DNA of 64,000 nt from Candidatus Aminicenantes bacterium (GTDB taxonomy: Bacteria > Acidobacteriota > Aminicenantia > Aminicenantales > UBA4085), in contig JALHTW010000126.1 in assembly GCA_022866045.1 (NCBI GenBank), positions 5,104 to 69,103 on the forward strand. The letters are read 5' to 3'. The position numbers and the translations under genes were made by a program. Below are positions 17,667 to 27,368 of the stretch, in pieces; positions within the stretch are counted from its first letter, which is position 1; every line of letters begins with the position of its first letter. Under the pieces are notes generated by a model that worked only from the letters and a program-made list of their open reading frames with translations, searched no databases and was not told the origin of the DNA.

Positions 17667-19001
17667 ATGCCGATGAACAAGACGATTAGAAATCTTCTGA
17701 CATCAGCCGTCGTCCTTGCTCTCGCCCCGCTCCCCGTTTTTTCCTCTGGAGGTAACCTTCTCATCAAGAACGGGACCATCCTGACCGTGACCAAGGGCGT
17801 AATCGCAAAAGGGGACATCCTTGTCCTCAACGGCATCATCAGGCAGGTCGGCCAGGACATCCAGGCCCCTGCGGGAGTTCAGGTCATTGATGCCACCGGT
17901 AAGTATGTCATACCTGGGATCATAGACTCTCATACCCACATCGCTCTGGACGGCACCAACGAAGGCTCGGAAGCCATCACGCCTGAAGCCGACGTCGGAG
18001 AAGTCGTCAACGCCGACGACACAGCCATCTTGACAGCCCTGAGCGGCGGCGTGACCATGGTCCATACCATGCACGGCAGCGCGAATCCGATCGGCGGCCC
18101 CAACGTCGTTTTGAAAATGAAATGGGGAAGGCCTTCGGAAGAGCTCATCGTCCACGAGGCCTTGCGGACGCTGAAGTTCGCCCTGGGCGAAAATGTCAAG
18201 CAGTCCAGCCGGACGATTACGGTTGGCGGCCCTCCTCCCCGGTATCCCCAGACGCGCATGGGCACAAACGCCATCATCCGGCGTGAACTGCTCAAAGCGA
18301 AGGTCTATATGGAGGAATGGGACCGCTACAACAAATTGAAAGCCTCCAAGACGCCGCCCAAGAACCTCCTTCCGCCGGGCAAAGACCTCCGGATGGAAGT
18401 TTTATCCGACCTGCTCCGGGGCAAAATGGTTGCCCGCTGCCACGATTACCAGGCCACGGAAGCGCTCGAGTTTATAGGCCTGGCCAAGGAATTCGGCTTC
18501 AAGGTCCAGGCGTTCGAGCACGCCTGGGAAGCTTATAAGATCGCCGCCGAGCTGGCCGCAGCGAAGATCGGAATCTCAGTTTTCGCCGACAGCTGGGCAT
18601 ATAAAATGGAAGCCGCGGAAGGCATCGCCTATGATGCCGGCTATTGCGCGAAAAAAGGGGTGCTTGTTTCGATCAACTCGGACAGCGGCGAGCGAATCCG
18701 GCGCCTGTTCAACGAGGCGAGCAAAACGATGAAATACGGCGGGCTCAATGAGACGGAGGCTCTGAGCCTTGTCACAATCAACCCGGCCATCCAGCTCGGA
18801 GTGGATCGGATCGTCGGGAGCCTCGAAGTCGGCAAACAGGCCGACATCGCCATCTTCAACGAGCATCCGATGAGTTCCTATACCCGGTGCGATATGACCA
18901 TTATTGACGGCGACGTGTATTTCGACCGGGGCCAGTATCTCAAGGAGAGGGAGGAAGCGGCAAAACAGGCCCAAGCTCCCAAAAAAGGAGGCCGGCCATG
19001 A
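17667..19001 (+). CDS. Amidohydrolase (metal-dependent hydrolase, intact HxH motif), secreted
   Basis: PGIIDSHTHIALDG HxH motif, signal peptide and RBS gaggag. ATGA overlap with the next gene. Confidence 0.75.
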   Translation: MPMNKTIRNLLTSAVVLALAPLPVFSSGGNLLIKNGTILTVTKGVIAKGDILVLNGIIRQVGQDIQAPAGVQVIDATGKYVIPGIIDSHTHIALDGTNEGSEAITPEADVGEVVNADDTAILTALSGGVTMVHTMHGSANPIGGPNVVLKMKWGRPSEELIVHEALRTLKFALGENVKQSSRTITVGGPPPRYPQTRMGTNAIIRRELLKAKVYMEEWDRYNKLKASKTPPKNLLPPGKDLRMEVLSDLLRGKMVARCHDYQATEALEFIGLAKEFGFKVQAFEHAWEAYKIAAELAAAKIGISVFADSWAYKMEAAEGIAYDAGYCAKKGVLVSINSDSGERIRRLFNEASKTMKYGGLNETEALSLVTINPAIQLGVDRIVGSLEVGKQADIAIFNEHPMSSYTRCDMTIIDGDVYFDRGQYLKEREEAAKQAQAPKKGGRP

Positions 19002-20293
19002 CGAAACGCATTTTCATTCTCTGTTTGATCGTGGGCTGGGCGGCGGGTCTTTTCTTCGCCCAGACTAAGCCGGCCAAGGTCATTGCCATCAAGGGCGCGA
19101 AGATCGTCCCGGTCGTCGGGGATGACATCGACAACGGCACGATCCTGATCAAGGACGGCAAGATCGAATCGATCGGCAAGGATGTCGCTATTCCGAACGG
19201 CGCCGAAGTCGTAGAGGCCAAAGGCCTCTCCGCCTATCCGGGGATGATCGACAGCTACTCAATCCTCGGCCTCCAGGAGATCAGCGGCGTTTCGGCTACG
19301 GTCGACACCCGGGAAACCGGACGACTGAATCCGCAGGTCTTTGCCATCGAAGCGTTGCGCTACGACTCGATGCACATCCCGATCGCGCGCTCGAACGGCA
19401 TCACGGCGGCCATTGTCGCGCCCTCGGGAGGCGTCATCGCCGGCCAGAGCGTCCTCATTAAGCTCGACGGCTGGACCAACCGCGAGATGGTCATCAAGAA
19501 TCCGGCCGCCATGCAGATTGAATTTCCGGCCATCCGCGGCGGGCGGGGTGGATTCGGCGGCGGCATGGGCAGAGGAGGCGTGGTTGCGGTCGACGCGACC
19601 CGCCTGATCGCTGAACTGAAAGAGGTGTTCAATAAGGCCCGCTATTACAATAAAAGAAAGAATTTTGCGTCGAAGAATCCTTCCCTTCCCATCCCCGAGC
19701 TCGACGAAACGCTGGAGTTCATCCTTCCTGTACTCAAAGGCGAGCTTCAAGTCATGATCTCGGTCCATTCGGACAGGGACATCAAGGCCGCCATCCAGTT
19801 TGTCAAGGACGAGAACCTCAAAGCCGTTTTCTTCGGCGTTGAGCAGGGATGGAAGGTCGCGGACGATATCAAAATAGCCAATATTCCGGTCATCATCGGC
19901 TCGCTTTACGACATGCCGCCGGTCTGGGACGATGGATATGATTCGCTCTTTAGGAATCCGGTCATCCTCAACAAGGCGGGTGTCAAGATCGCTTTCTCTT
20001 CTATGAGCGCGAGCATAGCCAAGGACCTTCCATATCACGCGGCCAAAGCCGCGGCATTCGGGCTGGATAAAAAAGAAGCGCTCAAGGCCGTGACGATCTA
20101 CCCGGCCGAGATCTTCGGCGTCGATAAGCTGATGGGCAGTCTGGAAAAGGGCAAAATAGCCAACGTCGTCCTCTCCGACGGCGACATCCTGGAAACGAAG
20201 ACGAACATCAAGAAGGTTTATATCGACGGGAAAGAATGCGACCTTTCGAACAAGTACACGGAGCTGCTCGAGAAATTCAAGAAGAGAGGATAG
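18998..20293 (+). CDS. Amidohydrolase-fold protein, secreted, HxH motif absent (PGMIDSYSILGL), Gly-rich insert
   Basis: Paralog of the gene at 16365. Very few His residues; Gly-rich GGRGGFGGGMGRGG insert. Confidence 0.65.
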   Translation: MTKRIFILCLIVGWAAGLFFAQTKPAKVIAIKGAKIVPVVGDDIDNGTILIKDGKIESIGKDVAIPNGAEVVEAKGLSAYPGMIDSYSILGLQEISGVSATVDTRETGRLNPQVFAIEALRYDSMHIPIARSNGITAAIVAPSGGVIAGQSVLIKLDGWTNREMVIKNPAAMQIEFPAIRGGRGGFGGGMGRGGVVAVDATRLIAELKEVFNKARYYNKRKNFASKNPSLPIPELDETLEFILPVLKGELQVMISVHSDRDIKAAIQFVKDENLKAVFFGVEQGWKVADDIKIANIPVIIGSLYDMPPVWDDGYDSLFRNPVILNKAGVKIAFSSMSASIAKDLPYHAAKAAAFGLDKKEALKAVTIYPAEIFGVDKLMGSLEKGKIANVVLSDGDILETKTNIKKVYIDGKECDLSNKYTELLEKFKKRG

Positions 20294-20378
20294 TGAGGAA
20301 TGAAAGGGAGACAGGATTTTCAGCGGACCTCTCGGGCAGGGAGAAGGCCTTTTCAATTTTTAGGATAGGAGGAAAAAG

Positions 20379-22199
20379 ATGCGAATAACTCGCCATATTT
20401 TATTCGGATTATTAGCCGTTTGCTGGATGGTCGCTGGGAATTCCGCATTTGCCCCGGCTCAAGGCGCTGTTGAATACGACATCCTCATCAAAAACGGACT
20501 TGTCTATGACGGGTCGCTGGCGCCGCCGGCGAGGGTCGATATCGCCATCAAGGGCGAGACCATCGTCAAGGTCGCGAAATCGATCGACGGGACTGCTGCG
20601 CGCATCATCAACGCCAAGGGGCTGATCGTGACACCCGGATTCATCGACCTCCATACCCATGTCGATGAGGGAATGTATTTCCCGGAAAACAGAGCCTGCC
20701 TGAACTACCTGACCCAGGGCGTGACCACGGTCGTTGTAGGCCAGTGCGGCTCGAGCGCCTGGCCGATCTTCGAGAAGGCCGAGGACCTGATCAAGATGTG
20801 GACGAAGGAAGGGCTCGGGCCGAACGCGGCGGTCTTCGTCGGGCATGGGACCGTCCGGAACATCGTCCTTGGCATGGAAAACCGTGAACCGACGCCGGAG
20901 GAGCTCGAAAAGATGAAAGCCCTGGTCAAGGAAGCCATGGACCAGGGCGCCTCCGGGCTCTCGACGGGGCTGATCTATCTCCCAGGCGCCTATGCCAAAA
21001 CGAACGAAATCATCGAGCTGGCCAAGGTCGTCGCGCCGTACGGCGGCATCTACCACACCCACATCCGGAACGAACGAAACTTGCTTCTGACCGCTGTCCG
21101 GGAAGCGATCGAAATCTCGGAAAAAGCCGGCTTGCCCGCCCATATCTCGCATTTCAAAGTCATGGGCCAGGCGAATTGGGGGTTGGTCAAGGAAGCCTGT
21201 GCCGTCATCGAAGACGCCCGGGCCAAAGGAACGAAGATCACAGCCGACCAATATCCTTATCCCTTTACGAACGGCTATCCCTATCGATCTTTGATACCGA
21301 GAGCGACATGGGTCGGACGGGAGAATGTCGACCGCCTGACGCCCGCCGACGTCACGAGGATCTTCGACCATCTCGGCGATACGGAGCTCCTTGAGCTCTA
21401 TAAGAAGGTGACCCCGTATTATCCGTTGTCCGAGCGGCAGCTTCAATTCCTCGGCGGCTTGCCCCGGAAAAGGCTGGTGGATTTCACCGCTTCGTATCTT
21501 TTCAATATCGATAATTTCCAGGGGCCGGAGAATATGCGCGAGCGGATGCTTTTCTTAAAGCGGATGGCTGACCCGGTAGAGGTCAAGAAGATTCGCCAGG
21601 AGGTCCGCGCCTATATCGAAAATTCTCTCGGTCCCGAGAACTACATCGTCGGCATTTGCGTCGAAAAGAACCTCGAAGGGAAGTCCCTCAAGGACGTTGC
21701 AGCCATCAAAGGGAAGACCATCGAGGACGCCGCCATTGAACTCGACTTGATGGGAGCCAAGTGCATTCCTTTCCAGATGAGCGAGCCCGACATCGAGTCC
21801 ATCATGAAAAAGGATTGGGTTGGAACGGGAAGCGATGGGACGGCTCCGTCTTACGGGATCGGGATGACCCACATCCGCTCCTACTCGACGTTTTTGCGCA
21901 AGATCAAAAATTATGCTCTCGAGAAGCCGGTCCTCTCTCTCTCTCAGGCGATCCGCGCCCAGACGACGCTTCCGGCCCAGATCATGAAATGGGACGATCG
22001 CGGCTGGATCAAAGAAGGATACAAAGCGGATATCGCCGTCATCGACCTCAGGAACCTCAAGACCCCGACGTCCATTTCAAACCCCCACCAGTACAGCCGG
22101 GGGGTCGATTATCTTCTGATTAACGGCAAATTGGTCCTCGATAAAGGAACATGGAGCGGGGCGCTTCCGGGCCAGGTGCTCAAACTTAAGAAATCATAG
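20379..22199 (+). CDS. N-acyl-D-amino-acid deacylase (D-aminoacylase) family amidohydrolase, secreted
   Basis: 606 aa. RBS aggagg, signal peptide, GFIDLHTHVDEG HxH motif and a D-aminoacylase-like architecture with an insert domain. Confidence 0.65.
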   Translation: MRITRHILFGLLAVCWMVAGNSAFAPAQGAVEYDILIKNGLVYDGSLAPPARVDIAIKGETIVKVAKSIDGTAARIINAKGLIVTPGFIDLHTHVDEGMYFPENRACLNYLTQGVTTVVVGQCGSSAWPIFEKAEDLIKMWTKEGLGPNAAVFVGHGTVRNIVLGMENREPTPEELEKMKALVKEAMDQGASGLSTGLIYLPGAYAKTNEIIELAKVVAPYGGIYHTHIRNERNLLLTAVREAIEISEKAGLPAHISHFKVMGQANWGLVKEACAVIEDARAKGTKITADQYPYPFTNGYPYRSLIPRATWVGRENVDRLTPADVTRIFDHLGDTELLELYKKVTPYYPLSERQLQFLGGLPRKRLVDFTASYLFNIDNFQGPENMRERMLFLKRMADPVEVKKIRQEVRAYIENSLGPENYIVGICVEKNLEGKSLKDVAAIKGKTIEDAAIELDLMGAKCIPFQMSEPDIESIMKKDWVGTGSDGTAPSYGIGMTHIRSYSTFLRKIKNYALEKPVLSLSQAIRAQTTLPAQIMKWDDRGWIKEGYKADIAVIDLRNLKTPTSISNPHQYSRGVDYLLINGKLVLDKGTWSGALPGQVLKLKKS

Positions 22200-22241
22200 A
22201 GATCGCAGAAGTTTGTCCTCATCGCCCGATTGCTAAATTTT

Positions 22242-22279
22242 CACGATTGGATTAAGGTTACACGATTGGATTAAGGTTA
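22242..22279. repeat. Perfect tandem direct repeat, 2 x 19 bp (cacgattggattaaggtta)
   Basis: The two copies occupy 22242-22260 and 22261-22279, 34 bp upstream of the asparaginase ATG. A related gattgctaa lies just 5'. Candidate operator or transcription-factor site. Confidence 0.8.
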
Positions 22280-22312
22280 AAGGGAAATTTGAGCGACTTC
22301 TGAGGAGGACCA

Positions 22313-23392
22313 ATGAGCCAAAAATATTCCCGCCGAGATTTCATTAAAACAGGCGCGGCCATGGGGACCGCATCGCTCATGGGGCAGGGAAGGGGCCTTC
22401 TGGCCGGCATCCCGCGGGCCGCGGCCGCGTCCATCGGCATAATGCGGGTCGTATCATCCGGTAACGGCATCCGGGCCGTGGACAAGGCGATGGAAATCCT
22501 CAAAAATAACGGCGACCCGCTTGACGCCGTGATCGCCGGCGTGAACATTGTCGAAGACGACCCCAACGACATGTCTGTCGGCTACGGCGGGCTTCCCAAC
22601 GAAGAAGGTGAGGTCGAGCTTGATGCCTCGGTCATGTATGGCCCGACCCATACGTCGGGCGCCGTCGCTGCGATCAAAAACATCAAAAATCCGTCCAAGG
22701 TGGCGAAGCTCGTAATGGACCGGACCAACCATTGTTTGCTCGTCGGCAAGGGCGCGCTCAAGTTCGCCCTTGCCCACGGCTTCAAAAAAGAGAACCTTCT
22801 GACGGACAAGGCCCGGGAAGCCTGGCTGCGCTGGAAAGAAACGTTGTCCGACAGAGATAACTGGCTTCCCGCGCAGATCAAAAAGCTGCCCGAGGAGCTG
22901 CAGCTTTTAATGATGACCCACGGCACAATCAACTGCATCGCCATCGACGCCCAAGGCCGTCTGGCCGGCGTCACAACGACGAGCGGCCTGTCATGGAAGC
23001 TTCCTGGCCGGGTCGGGGATTCGCCCATTATTGGCGCCGGACTCTATGTCGACAATAATATCGGCGCTGCGGGATCGACCGGCCTCGGAGAGGCCAACAT
23101 CCGGACCTGCGCCAGCTTCCAGGTCGTCAACTTCATGGGCCAGGGAATGTCGCCCGAACAGGCATGCCTAAAAACCTTGGAGAAAATTTCGGAGAAAGCG
23201 AAACTCAGCCCGCCCTCGTTGAAGCTGCTAAACGCCGTGGGACTGCCAAGCTTCGGCCTGAATTTCTATGCGCTCAATAAGAAAGGCGAATTCGGCGCAG
23301 CGTGCATGTGGAGCGGAAGCAAATATGCGGTCCACGACGGCCAGAAAAGCGAATTGAAGGAATGCGCGTTCCTCCATAAGAGCAAAGCTTGA
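22313..23392 (+). CDS. Ntn-hydrolase asparaginase_2 family (glycosylasparaginase / isoaspartyl peptidase), Tat-exported
   Basis: Tat signal RRDFIKTGAAMG. Autoproteolytic site context HGTINCIAIDAQG and GAGLYVDNNIGAAGSTG. RBS gaggagg. Confidence 0.75.
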   Translation: MSQKYSRRDFIKTGAAMGTASLMGQGRGLLAGIPRAAAASIGIMRVVSSGNGIRAVDKAMEILKNNGDPLDAVIAGVNIVEDDPNDMSVGYGGLPNEEGEVELDASVMYGPTHTSGAVAAIKNIKNPSKVAKLVMDRTNHCLLVGKGALKFALAHGFKKENLLTDKAREAWLRWKETLSDRDNWLPAQIKKLPEELQLLMMTHGTINCIAIDAQGRLAGVTTTSGLSWKLPGRVGDSPIIGAGLYVDNNIGAAGSTGLGEANIRTCASFQVVNFMGQGMSPEQACLKTLEKISEKAKLSPPSLKLLNAVGLPSFGLNFYALNKKGEFGAACMWSGSKYAVHDGQKSELKECAFLHKSKA

Positions 23393-24043
23393 TTATTCTT
23401 CCTCGAGGATGAGAACTTTGTAGCCGTCCTCGCAAAGCTTCTGGGCGATCATCTGGGCCGACTCCCTGTCCTTCGTCTTGATGCGGACGCGGTAATAGAC
23501 TTGGGAGGGCGTTTTATATTTGGTGACATAAACGTTCCTGAACTTGCCCCGCAGCCGCTTTTCCAGTTCCCTGGCGTTGTCTTCATTGATGAACGAGCCG
23601 ACTTGGACAGAATAAACGGGAACCGACCGGCCGGCAGAGGTTTGATTCGTGAGGACCTCGAGGCGCACGGGCGCCACTCCCGGGCCGACCATGTCGATGA
23701 GGCTGGCGGCTGCGTAAGAAAGGTCGATGATCCGCTCGCCGACGAACGGGCCGCGGTCATTGATCCGGACGACGACCGAATGCCCGTTGTCCAGGTTCGT
23801 CACCATGACCCGGGTCCCGAAGGGGAGAGTTTTGTGGGCGGCCGTCATGTCATACATGTTATAAATCTCTTTGTTGGATGTCTGTTTCCCATGGAAGTCC
23901 GGGCCATACCAGGAGGCGATCCCGGTCTGGATGTTGCTGCCTCTGGGGAAATACCTTATCCGGGAACAGGATGGGAGTAGCCCGAGAAGGAAGATTAAAA
24001 GGACGAGCGTCGTATTTGTTAAGGGGCGTCTCCGCGTGTTCAT
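23393..24043 (-). CDS. rlpA: Septal ring lytic transglycosylase RlpA (DPBB + SPOR domains), lipoprotein
   Basis: Lipobox LLPSC. DPBB block ASWYGPDFHGKQTSNKEIYNMYDMTAAHKTLPFGT. C-terminal SPOR-like domain (YSVQVGSF...YRVRI). Confidence 0.8.
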   Translation of the reverse strand: MNTRRRPLTNTTLVLLIFLLGLLPSCSRIRYFPRGSNIQTGIASWYGPDFHGKQTSNKEIYNMYDMTAAHKTLPFGTRVMVTNLDNGHSVVVRINDRGPFVGERIIDLSYAAASLIDMVGPGVAPVRLEVLTNQTSAGRSVPVYSVQVGSFINEDNARELEKRLRGKFRNVYVTKYKTPSQVYYRVRIKTKDRESAQMIAQKLCEDGYKVLILEEE

Positions 24044-24230
24044 GGCCTGCCTCTATCATACCAAGCTCCGATTCGGGAGGCAATCGCGGAGCGGGGTGAT
24101 TTTTCTTGGCAATTCTTCTTTTTTTTTCTCACTCCCGATGATGCGCCACGAGTCGTCTTCTTAGGCATCACGGAGAAGGACATAGATTCTCCTCCTTAAT
24201 TTTATTACAATATGATGCTCATTGAAACCG

Positions 24231-24656
24231 ATGAAAAAGCTTTTGTATTTTCTCCCGGCGCTGCTTTATTACGGCCTCATTTTCCTTTTGTCCTCCCGGT
24301 CGAGTTTTCCTGTCCAAGAACCGTTCTCCGGCTTCGATAAGATCGTCCACGGCGCCGAATTCGGCGGCCTCGGGTTTCTTTTGGCCTTCGGGTTTTTCAA
24401 GAGCTTAGAATTCTCTCTGCCGAGGAATATCCTCCTCATTTTCTCAAGCGGCGTCGGGCTTGGGGTCATGGATGAGATCCACCAGTCCTTTGTTCCTGGC
24501 CGGAACCCGGACCCCTGGGATGCGGCCGTGGACGCACTCGGCATAGCCCTGGGGATCCTTCTTTATTGGCTGATCTCAGGGATGACGAAACGGAGAAACC
24601 GACCCGGCCCTTCTGAGCGCCGCCGGGGGCGGGTTCTCCCGGACGATGGGGAATGA
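24231..24656 (+). CDS. VanZ-family membrane protein
   Basis: Small polytopic protein with the VanZ-like pattern (FDKIVHGAEFGGLGFLLAF...DEIHQSFVPGR). The ORF-track start at 24222 is TTG; the ATG at 24231 is used. Confidence 0.55.
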   Translation: MKKLLYFLPALLYYGLIFLLSSRSSFPVQEPFSGFDKIVHGAEFGGLGFLLAFGFFKSLEFSLPRNILLIFSSGVGLGVMDEIHQSFVPGRNPDPWDAAVDALGIALGILLYWLISGMTKRRNRPGPSERRRGRVLPDDGE

Positions 24657-24698
24657 GCTCTTCAAGCCGGGGCTCGAGTTGAGACTGATCGCCCGGCT

Positions 24699-25442
24699 TT
24701 AATCGGATCTCTTGCAGAACTTCAACAGTCTTTTTTTCAAGAAAGCGAACGCCTCTCCGACGTCCGAACAATAAGTGAACAGCTCCGCATCCTCGGGGGA
24801 TATCGTCCCATATTTCATGAGCGCTTCGAAATTCAAGACCTTGCGCCAATACTCTTCGCCGTAGAGCAGAACGACGACCTCGTCCCGGGCGATCTTTCCA
24901 GTCTGGATGAGGGTCATCGTTTCGAAGAATTCGTCCAGCGTGCCGTATCCGCCCGGAAAAGCGATGACGGCCCGGGCCCGGGAGATCAGCCAGAACTTGC
25001 GCATGAAGAAGTAGTGAAAAACGAAGGCCAGCTCATGTGAAATATATGGGTTCGGCCGCTGCTCGAGGGGAAGCGAGATGTTCATCCCGATTGTCTTTCC
25101 GCCGGCGCGGGCCGCGCCCCGGTTCGCGGCCTCCATGATGCCCGGCCCGGCCCCGGTGCAGATGACGAAATTCTTCCCTTTGGGCTTCAACGGAATGGCC
25201 CACTTGGCCAGCCGGCAGGCCAGCTCTTCGGCTTCCCAGTAATATTTATGAAGCGGAGACTTCGGATCTTCCGAGTCGGCCTTCGACGAGCCGAGGAAGA
25301 GGATGGTGTTGTTGACTTTAAGCCGATCGAGTCTCGTTTCCGGCTCGAGGTATTCGCTCAGGATGCGGATCGTCCGCGCCTCTGGCGATATCAGGAATTC
25401 CGCATTGTCATACGCCTTGTCCGGCAATCCTTTTTCGTTCAT
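24699..25442 (-). CDS. LOG-family protein (cytokinin riboside 5'-monophosphate phosphoribohydrolase / TIGR00730)
   Basis: PGGYGTLDEFFE motif and a Rossmann-like fold. 247 aa. Confidence 0.7.
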   Translation of the reverse strand: MNEKGLPDKAYDNAEFLISPEARTIRILSEYLEPETRLDRLKVNNTILFLGSSKADSEDPKSPLHKYYWEAEELACRLAKWAIPLKPKGKNFVICTGAGPGIMEAANRGAARAGGKTIGMNISLPLEQRPNPYISHELAFVFHYFFMRKFWLISRARAVIAFPGGYGTLDEFFETMTLIQTGKIARDEVVVLLYGEEYWRKVLNFEALMKYGTISPEDAELFTYCSDVGEAFAFLKKRLLKFCKRSD

Positions 25443-25542
25443 AAAGGCCTCGCTTATCTTAAGCCCATTCTAGCTGAAAGGCGTTTTGACTTCAATCCGG
25501 GGCTATGGTATCTATTAGCCTGCCCATGAAGAAGGAAACGGG

Positions 25543-26277
25543 ATGAGACGAGCGTTGGAACACCTCTCGCGGATGATCTATCCGGGGCGACTGATCGCCA
25601 TCGGCCGCGATGCATCCGGAGATTTCAACGTCGTTATTTATGCCCTCACCGGACGCTCGGCCTCGAGCCAGGCCCGGAAACTGGTCCTTGAACAGGGCGC
25701 GGTTTGGACGAAGCCGACCGATCCGGAAGCGCTCGCAAAGGGAAATCCTGACCTTCTCCTCTATCCGGCGCTCGTCCTTGGCCGAGGGATCGCCGTCAGC
25801 AACGGAAAACAGACCTCCGACATCGACGCCGGCTCGCCCGGAAGCCCCGTCCATGCTCTCGACCATGCTTTGAAGAACTGGACCTACGAGCCGGACGCTC
25901 CCATCTACACGCCCCGGATCAGCGGCTGCGTCCTGCCATCGAACCGGGCAGCCCTCAGCGTGATCAAGAGGGCGGACAATGGAGAAGCGCTGCGGTTCTT
26001 CTTCGAATTGCCTCTCATTGCCGGCAAGGGCAAAATGATCTCGACGTATTCCGGCGAGAATAAGGACCAGCTGCCGTCTTTTCATGGAGAACCGATCGAC
26101 CTTGAACTCGAAGAGAGCTCGGCCGCGGCTATGGCCGAAGCTGTGTATGCGGCGCTCGGTCCGCAGGAAGCGGAGAAGGACCTTCGGGTGGCCGTAGCTT
26201 GCCTGTTCGCAAAGGCCTCGGACATGACAGATCATCAATTCTATCTCATCAACCGCACAGAAAGGATGAGGACATGA
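25543..26277 (+). CDS. purO: Archaeal-type IMP cyclohydrolase PurO
   Basis: MIYPGRLIAIGRDASGDFNVVIYALTGRSASSQAR matches the PurO N-terminal signature (MYxGRxxAxGR...G.F..YRVSSRSFPNR). RBS aaggaa. ATGA-coupled to the next gene. Confidence 0.55.
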   Translation: MRRALEHLSRMIYPGRLIAIGRDASGDFNVVIYALTGRSASSQARKLVLEQGAVWTKPTDPEALAKGNPDLLLYPALVLGRGIAVSNGKQTSDIDAGSPGSPVHALDHALKNWTYEPDAPIYTPRISGCVLPSNRAALSVIKRADNGEALRFFFELPLIAGKGKMISTYSGENKDQLPSFHGEPIDLELEESSAAAMAEAVYAALGPQEAEKDLRVAVACLFAKASDMTDHQFYLINRTERMRT

Positions 26278-27359
26278 GCAAGGAAAAGTCCGACGCTTCG
26301 GCCAGAAAGCAATATTTCACGAGGATAAAGGAAGATTTCCCCGAATTGATGGAATTCAACAGGCAAAAGTTCCTGAAGCGCCTTTCGATGCGCTACGGCG
26401 AGAATCCCGGCTATCCAGCCGCGTTCTATATCGAAGAAAGGGCCTTGGGTCCGAACATGGCGACCATGCAAGTCCTCCAGGAGGGAAGCAAGGGGCTGAG
26501 CTACATTAATGTCGGCGACATGGACCTCGGTCAGCGGCTGGCCAAAAAGCTGACCGAGATCTACACTGATAAGCACGTCTGCGTTCTCATCAAACATGAG
26601 ATGCCAAGCGGGGTGGCCTTAGGCGATTCGCCCGAAGAGGCGTTCGAGAAAGCCTGGAATTGCGACTCGCTGTCGAATTTCGGCAGCGTCAATGTTTTCA
26701 ATTATGCGGTCAATGCCGGGCTGGCCCGCCTTCTTGTCGAAAGCCCGCGAAATGTCGAGGTCGTCTATGCGCCCGATTTTCCCCTGGAAGCGCTTGAAAT
26801 CCTGTCGACGAGGAAACCTCTTCGGGTTGTGAAAATGGGTGGACCCCTTGACGAGCCGGCCTTCGATAATGGTCTCGAATTCAAGCGCGTCGCGGGCGGA
26901 CTGCTCGTCCAGAAGCGCTTCGATTCCAGGATTGTCTCTCCGAGCTCCGTTGACATCGTTTCCGAGCGGAAGCCGACGGACGAAGAGATGTGGGCCGCCA
27001 TTTTCAACTGGACGGTCGTCTGCTATACCCGCTCCAACGCGATCGTCATCGGCAAATCCGACAAGGTCCACGGGATCGGGTCGGGGCAGAGGAGCCGGAT
27101 CGACTCGGCTGAGGACGCCATCCGCCTTTCGCGCCGGGGCTACGGGCCGGAAGGCTGCGTCCTTGCTTCGGACGCCTTCATGCCTTTTCCGGATGTCGTC
27201 GAGCTCGCTGCCCAGCACGGCATCACGGCCATGATCTATCCCCTTGGATCCGTGAGGGACGACGAGGTCATCGCCAAGGCTAACGACCATAAGATCGCGA
27301 TGATCGCCACCCGCAAGCCCGGCGAGGTGGACTGCGAACGCTCGTTCCTCCATAGATGA
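26274..27359 (+). CDS. purH: AICAR transformylase-only PurH (no MGS-like IMP cyclohydrolase domain)
   Basis: 361 aa with the MRYGENPGY (LRYGENPHQ-type) motif near the N-terminus, so only the AICARFT half of bacterial PurH is present. Confidence 0.7.
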   Translation: MSKEKSDASARKQYFTRIKEDFPELMEFNRQKFLKRLSMRYGENPGYPAAFYIEERALGPNMATMQVLQEGSKGLSYINVGDMDLGQRLAKKLTEIYTDKHVCVLIKHEMPSGVALGDSPEEAFEKAWNCDSLSNFGSVNVFNYAVNAGLARLLVESPRNVEVVYAPDFPLEALEILSTRKPLRVVKMGGPLDEPAFDNGLEFKRVAGGLLVQKRFDSRIVSPSSVDIVSERKPTDEEMWAAIFNWTVVCYTRSNAIVIGKSDKVHGIGSGQRSRIDSAEDAIRLSRRGYGPEGCVLASDAFMPFPDVVELAAQHGITAMIYPLGSVRDDEVIAKANDHKIAMIATRKPGEVDCERSFLHR

Positions 27360-27368
27360 GTATCGACG

